Source: an uncultured Pseudomonadota bacterium
Lineage (GTDB): Bacteria; Pseudomonadota; Gammaproteobacteria; Steroidobacterales; Steroidobacteraceae
Assembly (NCBI GenBank): GCA_903885195.1
Contig: CAISHQ010000032.1
Location: forward strand, 11,192-75,191
DNA length: 64,000 nucleotides
Direction: 5' to 3'
The translations under genes and the position numbers were made by a program. The first letter of the stretch is position 1. Every line of letters begins with the position of its first letter. Below the pieces are notes generated by a model. It was given only the letters and a program-made list of their open reading frames with translations, did no database searches and was not told the origin of the DNA. Below, one piece after another: positions 20,683-29,329 of the stretch.

Positions 20683-22323
20683 TCAGTGGCGACGGCTACG
20701 CCAATAAAAAACGGCTGAAGCGATGATAAGGACCGTCGTCAGCCACGGCGGATCGAGTCCGAGACCGAGCCAGAGCAATCCGCCAAGTCCCAGCATCGAG
20801 GCGATCGAGGTCTTGCTGCGCCGGCGTTCGCTGGCGCGGATCTCCTCGCGCAGCCGCTCGATGTCTTCGGGCTGGGCACCGATGTGCAGGGTGCCGTCCT
20901 GCAAGCGCTGCACGGCCACCTTCATCAAGGGTGGCAGCGCCTGTGCGACCTCGACGAGCGCGGGCAGGTGATCGCGGAACTGGCGCAGTTGGGCGCGTGG
21001 GCTCAGCCGATCGCGCATCCACTCGCGCAGGATCGGTGCCGCCGTCTGCCAAATGTCGAGCTCCGGATGCAGGTCGCGCCCGAGACCCTCGATATTGAGC
21101 AGCGTCTTTTGCAGCAATATCAGCTGCGGCTGGATGCGCATGTCGAAGCGCCGCGAGATATCGAACAGGCGCAGCAGGATCGTGCCGAAAGAAATATCCT
21201 TCAGCGGCTTATTGAAGATCGGCTCAAGCACCGTGCGGATCGCCGACTCCATCTCATCGACGCGCGTGTCAGGCGGCACCCAGCCGGATTCGACGTGCAG
21301 CTCGGCCACACGCCGGTAATTGCGGTCGAACACGGCGAGGAAGTTCTCGGCGAGGTAATGCTGGTCGCGCAGATCGAGCGTACCGACGATGCCGAAGTCG
21401 ACGGCCGCGTATCGCGGACGTGCCGGATTGTCGATCAGTACGAAGATGTTGCCGGGATGCATGTCGGCATGGAAAAAGTTATGACGAAAGACCTGCGTGA
21501 AGAAAATCTTCACGCCGCTCTCCGCCAATAGCGGAATGTTGGCGCCCACCGCCCGCAAGGTGTCCATGTCGCTGATGGTTACGCCGCGAATACGCTCCAT
21601 CACCATCACGTCGACCCGGCAGTGGTCCCAGTACACCTCGGGCACGTGCAGCAGATCGGATCCCGCGAAGTTGCGTCGCAACTGCGAGGCATTGGCGGCT
21701 TCGCGCATCAGATCGAGTTCATCGAGGATGGTTTTCTCGTACTCGTCGACGATTTCGTCGATGCGCAGCCGCCGTGCTTCGGCAGAGTTGTTGCGGGCGA
21801 GGCGCGCCAGTTCGTGCATGACGGTCAGATCGCGCTGGATGATCTCGCGCATGCCGGGGCGCAGCACCTTGACGATGACTTCCTCACCCGAGTGCAGGGT
21901 GGCGACGTGCACCTGGGCGATGGAGGCCGCGGCGAGTGGTGCGGTCGAGAACTTTGCAAAAACGCTATCCAGCGGTTTGCCGTAGGCGGTTTCAATGATG
22001 TGCTTCGCCACCGCGCCGTCGAAGGGCGGTACCCGATCCTGCAGTTTGGCGAGTTCGGCGGCGATATCGGGGGGCAGCAAGTCGCGTCGAGTCGAGAGCG
22101 CCTGACCAAACTTGATGAAGATCGGCCCGAGTTCCTCAAGGGCGAGTCGCAGTCGCTCGGCTCGTGAGTTTCCTTTGCGGCGTTCGAACCAAGTCCACGG
22201 CGAGAGCAGGAAGACAAATCGCAGCGGTCGGTACAGATGCGTTTCGCGGACGAACTCGTCGAGTCCGTGACGTACGAGTACGCGCTGGATCTGCACCAGT
22301 CGGGCGAGCACGCGGAGCTTCAT
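20683..22323 (-). CDS. ubiB: Ubiquinone biosynthesis regulatory protein kinase UbiB (ABC1/ADCK family)
   Basis: MKLRVLARLVQIQRVLVRHGLDEF..., LGPIFIKFGQALSTRRDLLP, AASIAQVH and HADMHPGNIF. Two C-terminal TM helices. ATGA overlap with ubiJ. The 731-aa ORF-track version is an Arg-rich upstream artefact. Confidence 0.93.
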   Translation of the reverse strand: MKLRVLARLVQIQRVLVRHGLDEFVRETHLYRPLRFVFLLSPWTWFERRKGNSRAERLRLALEELGPIFIKFGQALSTRRDLLPPDIAAELAKLQDRVPPFDGAVAKHIIETAYGKPLDSVFAKFSTAPLAAASIAQVHVATLHSGEEVIVKVLRPGMREIIQRDLTVMHELARLARNNSAEARRLRIDEIVDEYEKTILDELDLMREAANASQLRRNFAGSDLLHVPEVYWDHCRVDVMVMERIRGVTISDMDTLRAVGANIPLLAESGVKIFFTQVFRHNFFHADMHPGNIFVLIDNPARPRYAAVDFGIVGTLDLRDQHYLAENFLAVFDRNYRRVAELHVESGWVPPDTRVDEMESAIRTVLEPIFNKPLKDISFGTILLRLFDISRRFDMRIQPQLILLQKTLLNIEGLGRDLHPELDIWQTAAPILREWMRDRLSPRAQLRQFRDHLPALVEVAQALPPLMKVAVQRLQDGTLHIGAQPEDIERLREEIRASERRRSKTSIASMLGLGGLLWLGLGLDPPWLTTVLIIASAVFYWRSRRH

Positions 22324-22946
22324 GGCTGCACCTTGTCGTCGGAAGGCACAGCGGCTTGCCGGCGAGCGAGCAGCGCATCGAGGCGCGCTGCCGCTCGATC
22401 GACGTCTTCGCGCAGCCGATCGACGTCGGCAAAGAACACCTCCGCTTCCCCGCGCGGCACTAGATCGCCGCTCTCGTGGGCGAAGTACTCGGCGGTGTTG
22501 CGCACCGCCGTGCGCGAACCGCGTCGCCCGAGATCGAGCATCGAGCGGGCCATGCGACCGAGGCTGTGAGCCGGGGCATCGCCGATCAGGCGCGCGAGTT
22601 CTTCTTCGAGATCTGGCCGCAGCAGCAGCGCGAGTTCCCGATAGCGTTGCAGCACCTCGGCATCGCCGCGGATCTGCACGGCGCCGCTTTGCAGCTGACG
22701 CTCGGGCTGCGGGCCGGCGAGGGCGACGAGACTCAGCGGGCTGCCTTCGAGCGTTGCGTGGCTGTCGCCCTCGGGATTGCGCTGCAGACGCAGCGTGGAG
22801 CCGAGCGATTCGATGCCGAGGCGCAGATCGAGTCCGCTGACGATCACGAACAGGCGCTGTCCGCGCAAGGCGGCGCACAGGTTCCGCGCCGCGGGCGAGT
22901 CGCCGAGGTTGCGATTCAGCATGTTTTCAACGAGTTCGGTCAGCAC
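22320..22946 (-). CDS. ubiJ: Ubiquinone biosynthesis accessory factor UbiJ (SCP2 domain)
   Basis: It sits between ubiE and ubiB. The N-terminal SCP2-like region (LNRNLGDSPAARNLCAALRGQRLFVIVSGLDL) and a size of about 208 aa fit UbiJ. Confidence 0.8.
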   Translation of the reverse strand: MLTELVENMLNRNLGDSPAARNLCAALRGQRLFVIVSGLDLRLGIESLGSTLRLQRNPEGDSHATLEGSPLSLVALAGPQPERQLQSGAVQIRGDAEVLQRYRELALLLRPDLEEELARLIGDAPAHSLGRMARSMLDLGRRGSRTAVRNTAEYFAHESGDLVPRGEAEVFFADVDRLREDVDRAAARLDALLARRQAAVPSDDKVQP

Positions 22947-22956
22947 GGGCGATGCG

Positions 22957-23715
22957 TCAATACTTATAGCCGCGATGTAGCGCCACGATGCCGCCGCTCA
23001 GATTGTGGTAACGACAATCCTCGAGTCCGGCATTGCGCAGCATGCCGAGCAATGTTTCTTGATCCGGATGCTTGCGGATCGATTCGGCGAGATAGCGGTA
23101 ACTGTCCTCGTCGTTGGCAATCAGGCGGCCGAGGGCCGGCAGTACCCGGAACGAATAGGCATCGTAGAGGGGAGCGAGACCGGGCGCTGTCGGATGCGAG
23201 AACTCAAGCACGAGCAACTGGCCGCCCGGCTTCAGCACGCGCTGCATCGAGGCGAGCGCTGCTGGTTTATCCGTGACGTTGCGCAGACCGAAGCCGATGG
23301 TCACGCAGTCGAAGCTCGAATCGGCGAAAGGCAGACATTCGGCATTCGCCTGTACGTAGCCGATGCCCTGCAGGAGCCCTGCATCGATCATGCGGTCGCG
23401 ACCGTGGCTGAGCATGGCGCCGTTGATGTCTGAGAGCACCACGAGACCTTGTGGTCCGACTTGCGCTGCGAGGCCTCGCGACAGATCGCCGGTGCCTCCG
23501 GCGACGTCGAGGGCTCGCTGACCGGGGCGCAGGTGGGTTTGCGACAGCGTGAACTGCTTCCACAGGCGGTGCATGCCCGCAGACATCAAATCGTTCATCA
23601 AATCGTACTTGGGGGCGACCGAGTCGAATACGCCGCGTACCCGCCGGGCCTTGTCGGACCAGGCGACTTCTTCGAAACCGAAGTGGGTGGTTTTGGATGC
23701 GGGGTCGGCGGACAT
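22957..23715 (-). CDS. ubiE: Ubiquinone/menaquinone C-methyltransferase UbiE
   Basis: HFGFEEV...[27 protein letters not shown], the [13 protein letters not shown] motif, and an ending of ALHRGYKY. Confidence 0.95.
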   Translation of the reverse strand: MSADPASKTTHFGFEEVAWSDKARRVRGVFDSVAPKYDLMNDLMSAGMHRLWKQFTLSQTHLRPGQRALDVAGGTGDLSRGLAAQVGPQGLVVLSDINGAMLSHGRDRMIDAGLLQGIGYVQANAECLPFADSSFDCVTIGFGLRNVTDKPAALASMQRVLKPGGQLLVLEFSHPTAPGLAPLYDAYSFRVLPALGRLIANDEDSYRYLAESIRKHPDQETLLGMLRNAGLEDCRYHNLSGGIVALHRGYKY

Positions 23716-23878
23716 GATCGGTGCTCCGGAGGGCCCGCCATTGTAGCCTCCAGCACGCATTCGTGGCCGACTGCTGGATTTTGTTCTGCGGAAGGCGTAC
23801 AACCCTTATTCAGTTATCGCCGGGCCGCACGCGGCTCGGACGAAACGGGGGGTATAAGAACTATTAGAAGGGACTGAT

Positions 23879-23907
23879 GGCCGGGCGGGCTGCCCGGCCT
23901 TTTTTTT
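23879..23907 (+). terminator. Orphan intrinsic-terminator-like hairpin oriented on the + strand
   Basis: GGCCGGGC, loop GGGCT, GCCCGGCC, followed by 8 T on the + strand. It lies in the gap between DUF971 and ubiE, both on the minus strand. No U-tract follows on the minus strand. Confidence 0.5.
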
Positions 23908-23909
23908 GC

Positions 23910-24260
23910 CTAGCCTTTTGCTGTCGCGGCCGTCACCCGCTCGAGATACTGCCTCCAGAGCACATCCTGGTCCCTGCCGAGTTCGCGCAGGTACTTCCAA
24001 CTGTAGAGCCCGCTGTCGTGGCCGTCATCGAAGATGAGACGTACGGCGTACTGCCCGACCGGTTCGACGGCCGAGACCATCACCGCTTGTTTGCCGAGCA
24101 CCAGCGTTTCCTGGCCTGGGCCGTGACCTTTGACCTCGGCCGAAGGCGAATTGACGCGTAGGAACTCGAAGGGCAGCGCATAGCGCTCGCCGCCCGTGAA
24201 GGCGATCTCGAGCACGCGGGACTGGCGACGCAGGCGGATTTCGATGGGTGCTTCGTTCAT
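23910..24260 (-). CDS. DUF971 (gamma-butyrobetaine hydroxylase-like N-terminal) domain protein
   Basis: LEIAFTGGERYALPFEFLRVNSPSAEV...VEPVGQYAVRLIFDDGHDSGLYSWKYLREL is the typical DUF971 pattern. The internal ATG at 24260 is used. Confidence 0.8.
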   Translation of the reverse strand: MNEAPIEIRLRRQSRVLEIAFTGGERYALPFEFLRVNSPSAEVKGHGPGQETLVLGKQAVMVSAVEPVGQYAVRLIFDDGHDSGLYSWKYLRELGRDQDVLWRQYLERVTAATAKG

Positions 24261-24366
24261 GGTGCGAATCCTACGACGCGTAGAGGTCTTGTCCACGGTG
24301 ACTTTTGCCTCCGCCTCTCCGATACTCGGGCCACAAGAGTGATGGTTCGACCGATTCGGGGGTTGT

Positions 24367-26151
24367 ATGACGTCGACGGACACCTCTCATCCCGACTATT
24401 TTCACAAGGTCGTGGATTGCCAGTGGGCCTGCCCGGCCCACACCGATGTACCGGAATACATCCGCCTCATCGCCCAAGGCCAGTTCACCGAAGCCTACCT
24501 CGTTAACCGCCACTCCAATGTCTTCCCGGGAATTCTCGGTCGAGTCTGCGATCGACCCTGCGAGCCGGCTTGCCGACGCGGGCGGGTGGAAGAGAAGCCG
24601 GTGGCGATCTGCCGGCTCAAGCGCGTGGCTGCCGACCACAAGGATGAATATCGCGATCGCCTACCGCCGGTCCCGACGCAGAAAAACGGCAAGAAAATCG
24701 CCTGCATCGGTGCGGGCTGCGCGTCACTGACGGTTGCCAACGATCTGATGCCGCTCGGCTACGAGGTCACCATCTTCGAACAGTTCGCCACGGCAGGCGG
24801 GCTGATGCGAACCAACATTCCCTCGTTCCGGCTGCCGGCCGCGGTGCTCGACGAGGAGATCGGCACCATCGTCGACATGGGCGTCGATCTGCGACTCGGC
24901 CAGCGCATCGATTCATTGCGTGCATTGCTCGAGGAAGGCGGCTTCGATGCCGTGTTCGTCGGCTCGGGGGCGCCGAAGGGCAAGGAGCTCAACATTCCGG
25001 GGCGCAGCGAAGCCGCCGCCAACGTGCATATCGGCATCGCCTGGCTCGAATCCATCGCTTTCGAGCACGTGCAAAGCGTCGGCAAGAACGTGCTGATCAT
25101 CGGCGTCGGCAACACGGCGATGGACTGCTGCCGCAGCGCGCTGCGTCTCGGTGCGCAGAGCGTGAAGGTCATGGCGCGCAAGCCGCGGCAGTTCTTCAAG
25201 GCCTCCGAGTGGGAGCTCGAGGACGCCGAGGCCGAGAGCGTCGAGATCGTCATCAACCGCTCGCCGAAGAGCTTCGTGCTCGAGGGCGGGCGGCTGAAGG
25301 GCATGATGTTCGAGGTGCTGGAATACGATCTCGATGCGCGCGGGCGCATCGTCGCCGAGCGTATGACCGGCGAGGAGTTCTACCCGGCTGACGATGTGAT
25401 CCTCGCGATCGGTCAGGAAAACGCCTTTCCCTGGATCGAGCGGGATCTTGGCATCGAGTTCGACAAGTGGGACGTACCCAAGGTCGACCCGGCCACCTTC
25501 GAGAGCACCCGACCCGGTGTGTTCTTTGGCGGTGATGCGGCGTTTGGTCCGAAGAACATCATCTGGTCCGTCGAGCATGGTCATCAGGCGGCGATCTCCA
25601 TCCACCTGCGTTGCTTGGATAAGCCAGTGACCGAGCGCCCGCCGCGAGGCATGAACCTGCAGAGTCGCAAGATGGGCATGCACGAGTGGTCGTATGCGAA
25701 CGACTACAGCATGACCGAGCGCAAGCTCGTGCCCCACGTGTCGCTCAAGGAGCGATTCAAAAAAATCAACATCGAGGTCGAACTCGGCTTCACGGCCGAG
25801 CAGGCTGCCGAGGAAGTGCAGCGCTGTCTGAACTGCGACGTGCAGACGGTGTTCGAGGCAAAGTTGTGCATCGAGTGCGATGCCTGCATCGACATCTGTC
25901 CGGTCGATTGTTTGACGATGACGCCTGCAGGCCCTGAGGAGGAACTGCGGACCCGGCTTAAGGCGCCGGCGAACAACGTGACTCAGGCGTTGTACGTATC
26001 TGCGCCGCTCAAGTTCACCGAGCGGGTGATGGTCAAGGACGAGGATGTCTGTGTGCACTGCGGCCTGTGTGCCGAGCGATGCCCCACCGCGGCGTGGGAC
26101 ATGCAGAAGTCCTGGGTCAAGTGGCCGCACGCGGCCGACCAGACCGTTTGA
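24367..26151 (+). CDS. GltD-like NAD(P)H-dependent FAD oxidoreductase with N-terminal Fe-S and C-terminal 2x[4Fe-4S] ferredoxin domains
   Basis: The Cys cluster CQWACPAH...CDRPCEPAC, the KIACIGAGCASL dinucleotide fold and the second fold VLIIGVGNTAMDC resemble the glutamate synthase small subunit. C-terminal CLNCD...CIECDACIDICP and CVHCGLCAERCP are ferredoxin motifs. Confidence 0.85.
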   Translation: MTSTDTSHPDYFHKVVDCQWACPAHTDVPEYIRLIAQGQFTEAYLVNRHSNVFPGILGRVCDRPCEPACRRGRVEEKPVAICRLKRVAADHKDEYRDRLPPVPTQKNGKKIACIGAGCASLTVANDLMPLGYEVTIFEQFATAGGLMRTNIPSFRLPAAVLDEEIGTIVDMGVDLRLGQRIDSLRALLEEGGFDAVFVGSGAPKGKELNIPGRSEAAANVHIGIAWLESIAFEHVQSVGKNVLIIGVGNTAMDCCRSALRLGAQSVKVMARKPRQFFKASEWELEDAEAESVEIVINRSPKSFVLEGGRLKGMMFEVLEYDLDARGRIVAERMTGEEFYPADDVILAIGQENAFPWIERDLGIEFDKWDVPKVDPATFESTRPGVFFGGDAAFGPKNIIWSVEHGHQAAISIHLRCLDKPVTERPPRGMNLQSRKMGMHEWSYANDYSMTERKLVPHVSLKERFKKINIEVELGFTAEQAAEEVQRCLNCDVQTVFEAKLCIECDACIDICPVDCLTMTPAGPEEELRTRLKAPANNVTQALYVSAPLKFTERVMVKDEDVCVHCGLCAERCPTAAWDMQKSWVKWPHAADQTV

Positions 26152-26165
26152 AGCAGGAGGGTCGC

Positions 26166-27995
26166 ATGGGCACCGACGACAGAATCAATGATTTCGCCAT
26201 CAAGATCGCCACGGTCAACGGCACCGGTTCCGCGAGCGCCAACACCCTACTGATGAAGTCAATCTTCCGCAGCGGCATCCCGGTGATGGGCAAGAACTAC
26301 TTCCCGTCAAACATTCAGGGTTTGCCGACGTGGTACGAGATCCGCGTCTCCAAAGACGGTTACGTGGCACGCTCGGGCAAGGTCGACATCATGGTGTGCA
26401 TGAACGCCGAGACCTACGCCCGCGACGTGCGTGAGGTGGCGGCAGGCGGTTATCTGATCTACGACTCGACCTGGCCGCGCCCCGCACTGCTCAAACGCGA
26501 TGACGTGACGGTCATCGGGGTGCCGCTTGCGCGGATGTGCAACGAGCACTTCAAAGGCGTGCGCACGCGGATCTTGATGAAGAACATCTGCTACGCCGGG
26601 GTACTGGCGGCGCTGCTCGATCTTGATCTCGAGCGTATCCGCGAGTTGCTTGCCGAGACCTACGCCAAGAAGCCCGCGCTGGTGGATTCCAACATGCAGG
26701 CCATCCAGCTCGGCTACGACTACGCCCGCGAGCATTTCAGCTGCCCCTTGCCGCTGCGCGTGGCGCGTATGGACAAAACGGGCGGCCACATCATGATCGA
26801 CGGCAACACGGCGGCTGCACTCGGTTGCGTCTATGCCGGTGCGACGGTCGCAGCCTGGTACCCGATCACGCCCTCGACCTCGCTGATGGACGCCTTCAAG
26901 TCCTTTGCCGACAAGCTGCGCATCGATCCGCAGACCGGCAAGGCGAACTTCGCTTTCATCCAGGCCGAAGACGAACTCGCCGCCATCGGCATGGTGCTCG
27001 GTGCCAACTGGAACGGCGCTCGATCCTTCACCGCCACGTCGGGTCCCGGCGTGTCGCTGATGGGTGAGTTTCTGGGTCTCGGTTATTACGCTGAGCTCCC
27101 CGCAGTGCTGTTCGACGTGCAGCGCGTGGGTCCATCCACGGGCATGCCAACGCGTACGCAGCAATGCGATCTGTTGGCCGCCGCCTACGCATCGCACGGT
27201 GACACCAAGCACGTTTGTCTGTACCCGGCGAATCCGGAGGAGTGCTTCTACATGGCCGTGCAGGCCTTCGATCTGGCCGAACGGCTGCAGACGCCGGTGC
27301 TCGTGCTCCTCGATCTCGACATCGGCATGAACGACTGGATGTGCCGCGATCTCAAGTGGGACGACAGCTATCAGCCCGATCGCGGCAAGGTGCTCGGCAA
27401 GGAGGATCTGGAGAAGATCGACAAGTTTTACCGCTACCTCGACAAGGATGAGGACGGCATCACCTATCGCACCTTCCCGGGTGTGCACCCGAAGGGTGCG
27501 TATTTCACGCGCGGTTCAGGGCACACACAGCTTGGCACCTATACCGAGGATTCCGCCGAGTACCAGCTTGTGCTCGATCGCTTGCTGCGCAAATTCGCCA
27601 CGGCCAAGCGCCATATGCCAAAGCCCGTCATCGAGGGCACGGGCACAGCGAAGGCGGCGATCGTGTCGATCGGCAGCTGCGACGGCGCGGTCCATGAGGC
27701 GCTCGACGTACTCAAGGGGCGCGGCGTGCAACTTGACTACATGCGCATCCGTGCCTTTCCGTTTGGCGAGGAGGTGGAGAAGTTCCTCGCTGACCATGAG
27801 GTGCTTTATGTCGTCGAGCAGAATCGCGATGCGCAGCTGCGCTCGCTGCTGACGCTCGAGTCGCGAGTCGGCAAGTCGAAGCTGCGCTCGCTGCTGCACT
27901 ACAGCGGACTGCCGGTGTCCTCCAAGTTCATCGTCGATGGCGTGCTCGCCGATCTCGGCGAGGGTCGACGGGCCGTTGCAGGAGTCGTGTCATGA
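26166..27995 (+). CDS. korA: 2-oxoacid:acceptor (ferredoxin) oxidoreductase, alpha subunit
   Basis: INDFAIKIATVNGTGSASAN...; GNTAAALG...AAWYPITPST; length about 609 aa. ATG 26166 is preceded by AGGAGG. Confidence 0.9.
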   Translation: MGTDDRINDFAIKIATVNGTGSASANTLLMKSIFRSGIPVMGKNYFPSNIQGLPTWYEIRVSKDGYVARSGKVDIMVCMNAETYARDVREVAAGGYLIYDSTWPRPALLKRDDVTVIGVPLARMCNEHFKGVRTRILMKNICYAGVLAALLDLDLERIRELLAETYAKKPALVDSNMQAIQLGYDYAREHFSCPLPLRVARMDKTGGHIMIDGNTAAALGCVYAGATVAAWYPITPSTSLMDAFKSFADKLRIDPQTGKANFAFIQAEDELAAIGMVLGANWNGARSFTATSGPGVSLMGEFLGLGYYAELPAVLFDVQRVGPSTGMPTRTQQCDLLAAAYASHGDTKHVCLYPANPEECFYMAVQAFDLAERLQTPVLVLLDLDIGMNDWMCRDLKWDDSYQPDRGKVLGKEDLEKIDKFYRYLDKDEDGITYRTFPGVHPKGAYFTRGSGHTQLGTYTEDSAEYQLVLDRLLRKFATAKRHMPKPVIEGTGTAKAAIVSIGSCDGAVHEALDVLKGRGVQLDYMRIRAFPFGEEVEKFLADHEVLYVVEQNRDAQLRSLLTLESRVGKSKLRSLLHYSGLPVSSKFIVDGVLADLGEGRRAVAGVVS

Positions 27996-29050
27996 CCTTC
28001 ATTCCCAAGCCGAAGATTTCGCACCCCTCACTGCCGCGCAACGAACTCGGGCTCACGCGCCGCGAATACGAGGGCGCGTTGTCCACGCTGTGCGCCGGCT
28101 GCGGCCACGACTCGATCACCGCGGGCATCATCGAGGCCTGCTGGGGCATTTCGATCCGCCCTGAGAACCTCGTCAAACTCTCTGGCATCGGCTGCTCTTC
28201 GAAGACCACGGCGTATTTTGTCAGCGGCGGACACGGCTTCAATTCGGTGCATGGCCGCATGCCCTCCATCGCCATGGGTGCCAATGCTGCCAATCGCGAG
28301 CTCTACTACATCGGCATTTCGGGTGATGGTGATTCGCTATCGATCGGACTCGGGCAGTTCTGTCATGCCATCCGGCGCAACGTGAACATGCTCTACATCA
28401 TCGAGAACAACGGTGTGTATGGCCTCACCAAGGGACAGTTCTCGGCCTCGGCCGATATCGGCACCAAGGCCAAGAAAGGCGAAGTGAACCAGCAACCGCC
28501 CATCGATCCGGTGTTGCTCGCCATGAACCTCGGCGCCGGTTTCGTCGCACGCAGTTTTTCGGGCGACAAGGCGCAGCTGGTGCCCCTGATCCAGGCGGGT
28601 CTGAAGTATCCGGGTTTTGCGCTGATCGATGTGCTCTCGCCCTGCGTGACCTTCAACGATCACGAGGGCTCGACCAAGAGTTACGCCTTCACGCGCGAGA
28701 ACTACGAACCTGTGGTCGAGGCGGATTTCGTACCCAAGCAGCGCGAGATCACCACGGAGTATCCAGAGGGCGAAGCGACGAGCGTTTTGCTGCACGACGG
28801 CAGCCGGGTGGTGCTGCGCAAGTTGGCCGCCGACTACGACCCGACCGATGCGCATGCCTCCTACGACTATGTGCAGCAGCACATCGCGCAGGGCGAATAC
28901 CTGACCGGGTTGCTGCACTGCCGGCCGACCACCGCCACGGAGTTCCACGCCCTGAACCGCACGCCCGACCAGCCGCTCAATCAGCTGCCGTTCTCGGCCC
29001 TCAATCCGGGCGCCCGCCAGCTCGAGAAGCTGATGGCGCGCTACCGCTGA
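27992..29050 (+). CDS. korB: 2-oxoacid:ferredoxin oxidoreductase, beta subunit (TPP-binding)
   Basis: LCAGCGHDSI, GIGCSS and GISGDGD...IENNGVYGLTKGQ are TPP-binding motifs. ATGA overlap with korA. Confidence 0.9.
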   Translation: MTFIPKPKISHPSLPRNELGLTRREYEGALSTLCAGCGHDSITAGIIEACWGISIRPENLVKLSGIGCSSKTTAYFVSGGHGFNSVHGRMPSIAMGANAANRELYYIGISGDGDSLSIGLGQFCHAIRRNVNMLYIIENNGVYGLTKGQFSASADIGTKAKKGEVNQQPPIDPVLLAMNLGAGFVARSFSGDKAQLVPLIQAGLKYPGFALIDVLSPCVTFNDHEGSTKSYAFTRENYEPVVEADFVPKQREITTEYPEGEATSVLLHDGSRVVLRKLAADYDPTDAHASYDYVQQHIAQGEYLTGLLHCRPTTATEFHALNRTPDQPLNQLPFSALNPGARQLEKLMARYR

Positions 29051-29107
29051 CTGTCCTACACTTGCGCCCGGCCGTCAGCGTGACGGGCAAACAGTGGAGT
29101 GGATGAG

Positions 29108-29236
29108 ATGGGCAAGGGAGATTCCAGAAGCCGTCGCGGCAAGATCTATCAGGGCTCGTTCGGCAAGACGCGTCCGAAGGACCCGGCTCGCGCCAAGAAG
29201 CGCGCAGCAAAGAAGGCGGGTACCGCCAAGAAGTAA
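29108..29236 (+). CDS. 30S ribosomal protein THX (bTHX), 42 aa
   Basis: Read directly: MGKGDSRSRRGKIYQGSFGKTRPKDPARAKKRAAKKAGTAKK. The N-terminal 24 aa match the Thermus Thx pattern GKGD-R-RRGKI--G--GK-RP. It is below the ORF-track size cutoff and is followed by a strong terminator. Confidence 0.75.
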   Translation: MGKGDSRSRRGKIYQGSFGKTRPKDPARAKKRAAKKAGTAKK

Positions 29237-29290
29237 GTCGCGTTTGCCGCGGCGCGCAGTAGTCGCGCTGTGGGCAGCGTGCAGCGAAAG

Positions 29291-29325
29291 AGGCCTGCAG
29301 AAGCGATTCTGCAGGCCTTTTCATT
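29291..29325. terminator. Bidirectional intrinsic terminator between the THX gene (+) and the MFS gene (-)
   Basis: AGGCCTGCAGAA, loop GCGA, TTCTGCAGGCCT is a perfect 12-bp stem. TTTTCATT follows on the + strand and CTTTCG on the - strand. Confidence 0.8.
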
Positions 29326-29329
29326 GGGG

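Noticed and set aside
20683-22878. The 731-aa version of the ubiB ORF, and similar long N-terminal extensions: the SDR at 37132-38484, dapF at 48166-49104, glnK at 51847-52362 and korA at 26067.
   Set aside because: The extensions are Arg/Pro-rich and overlap the upstream genes. Internal ATG codons give proteins of canonical length, with ATGA coupling or good Shine-Dalgarno sequences.
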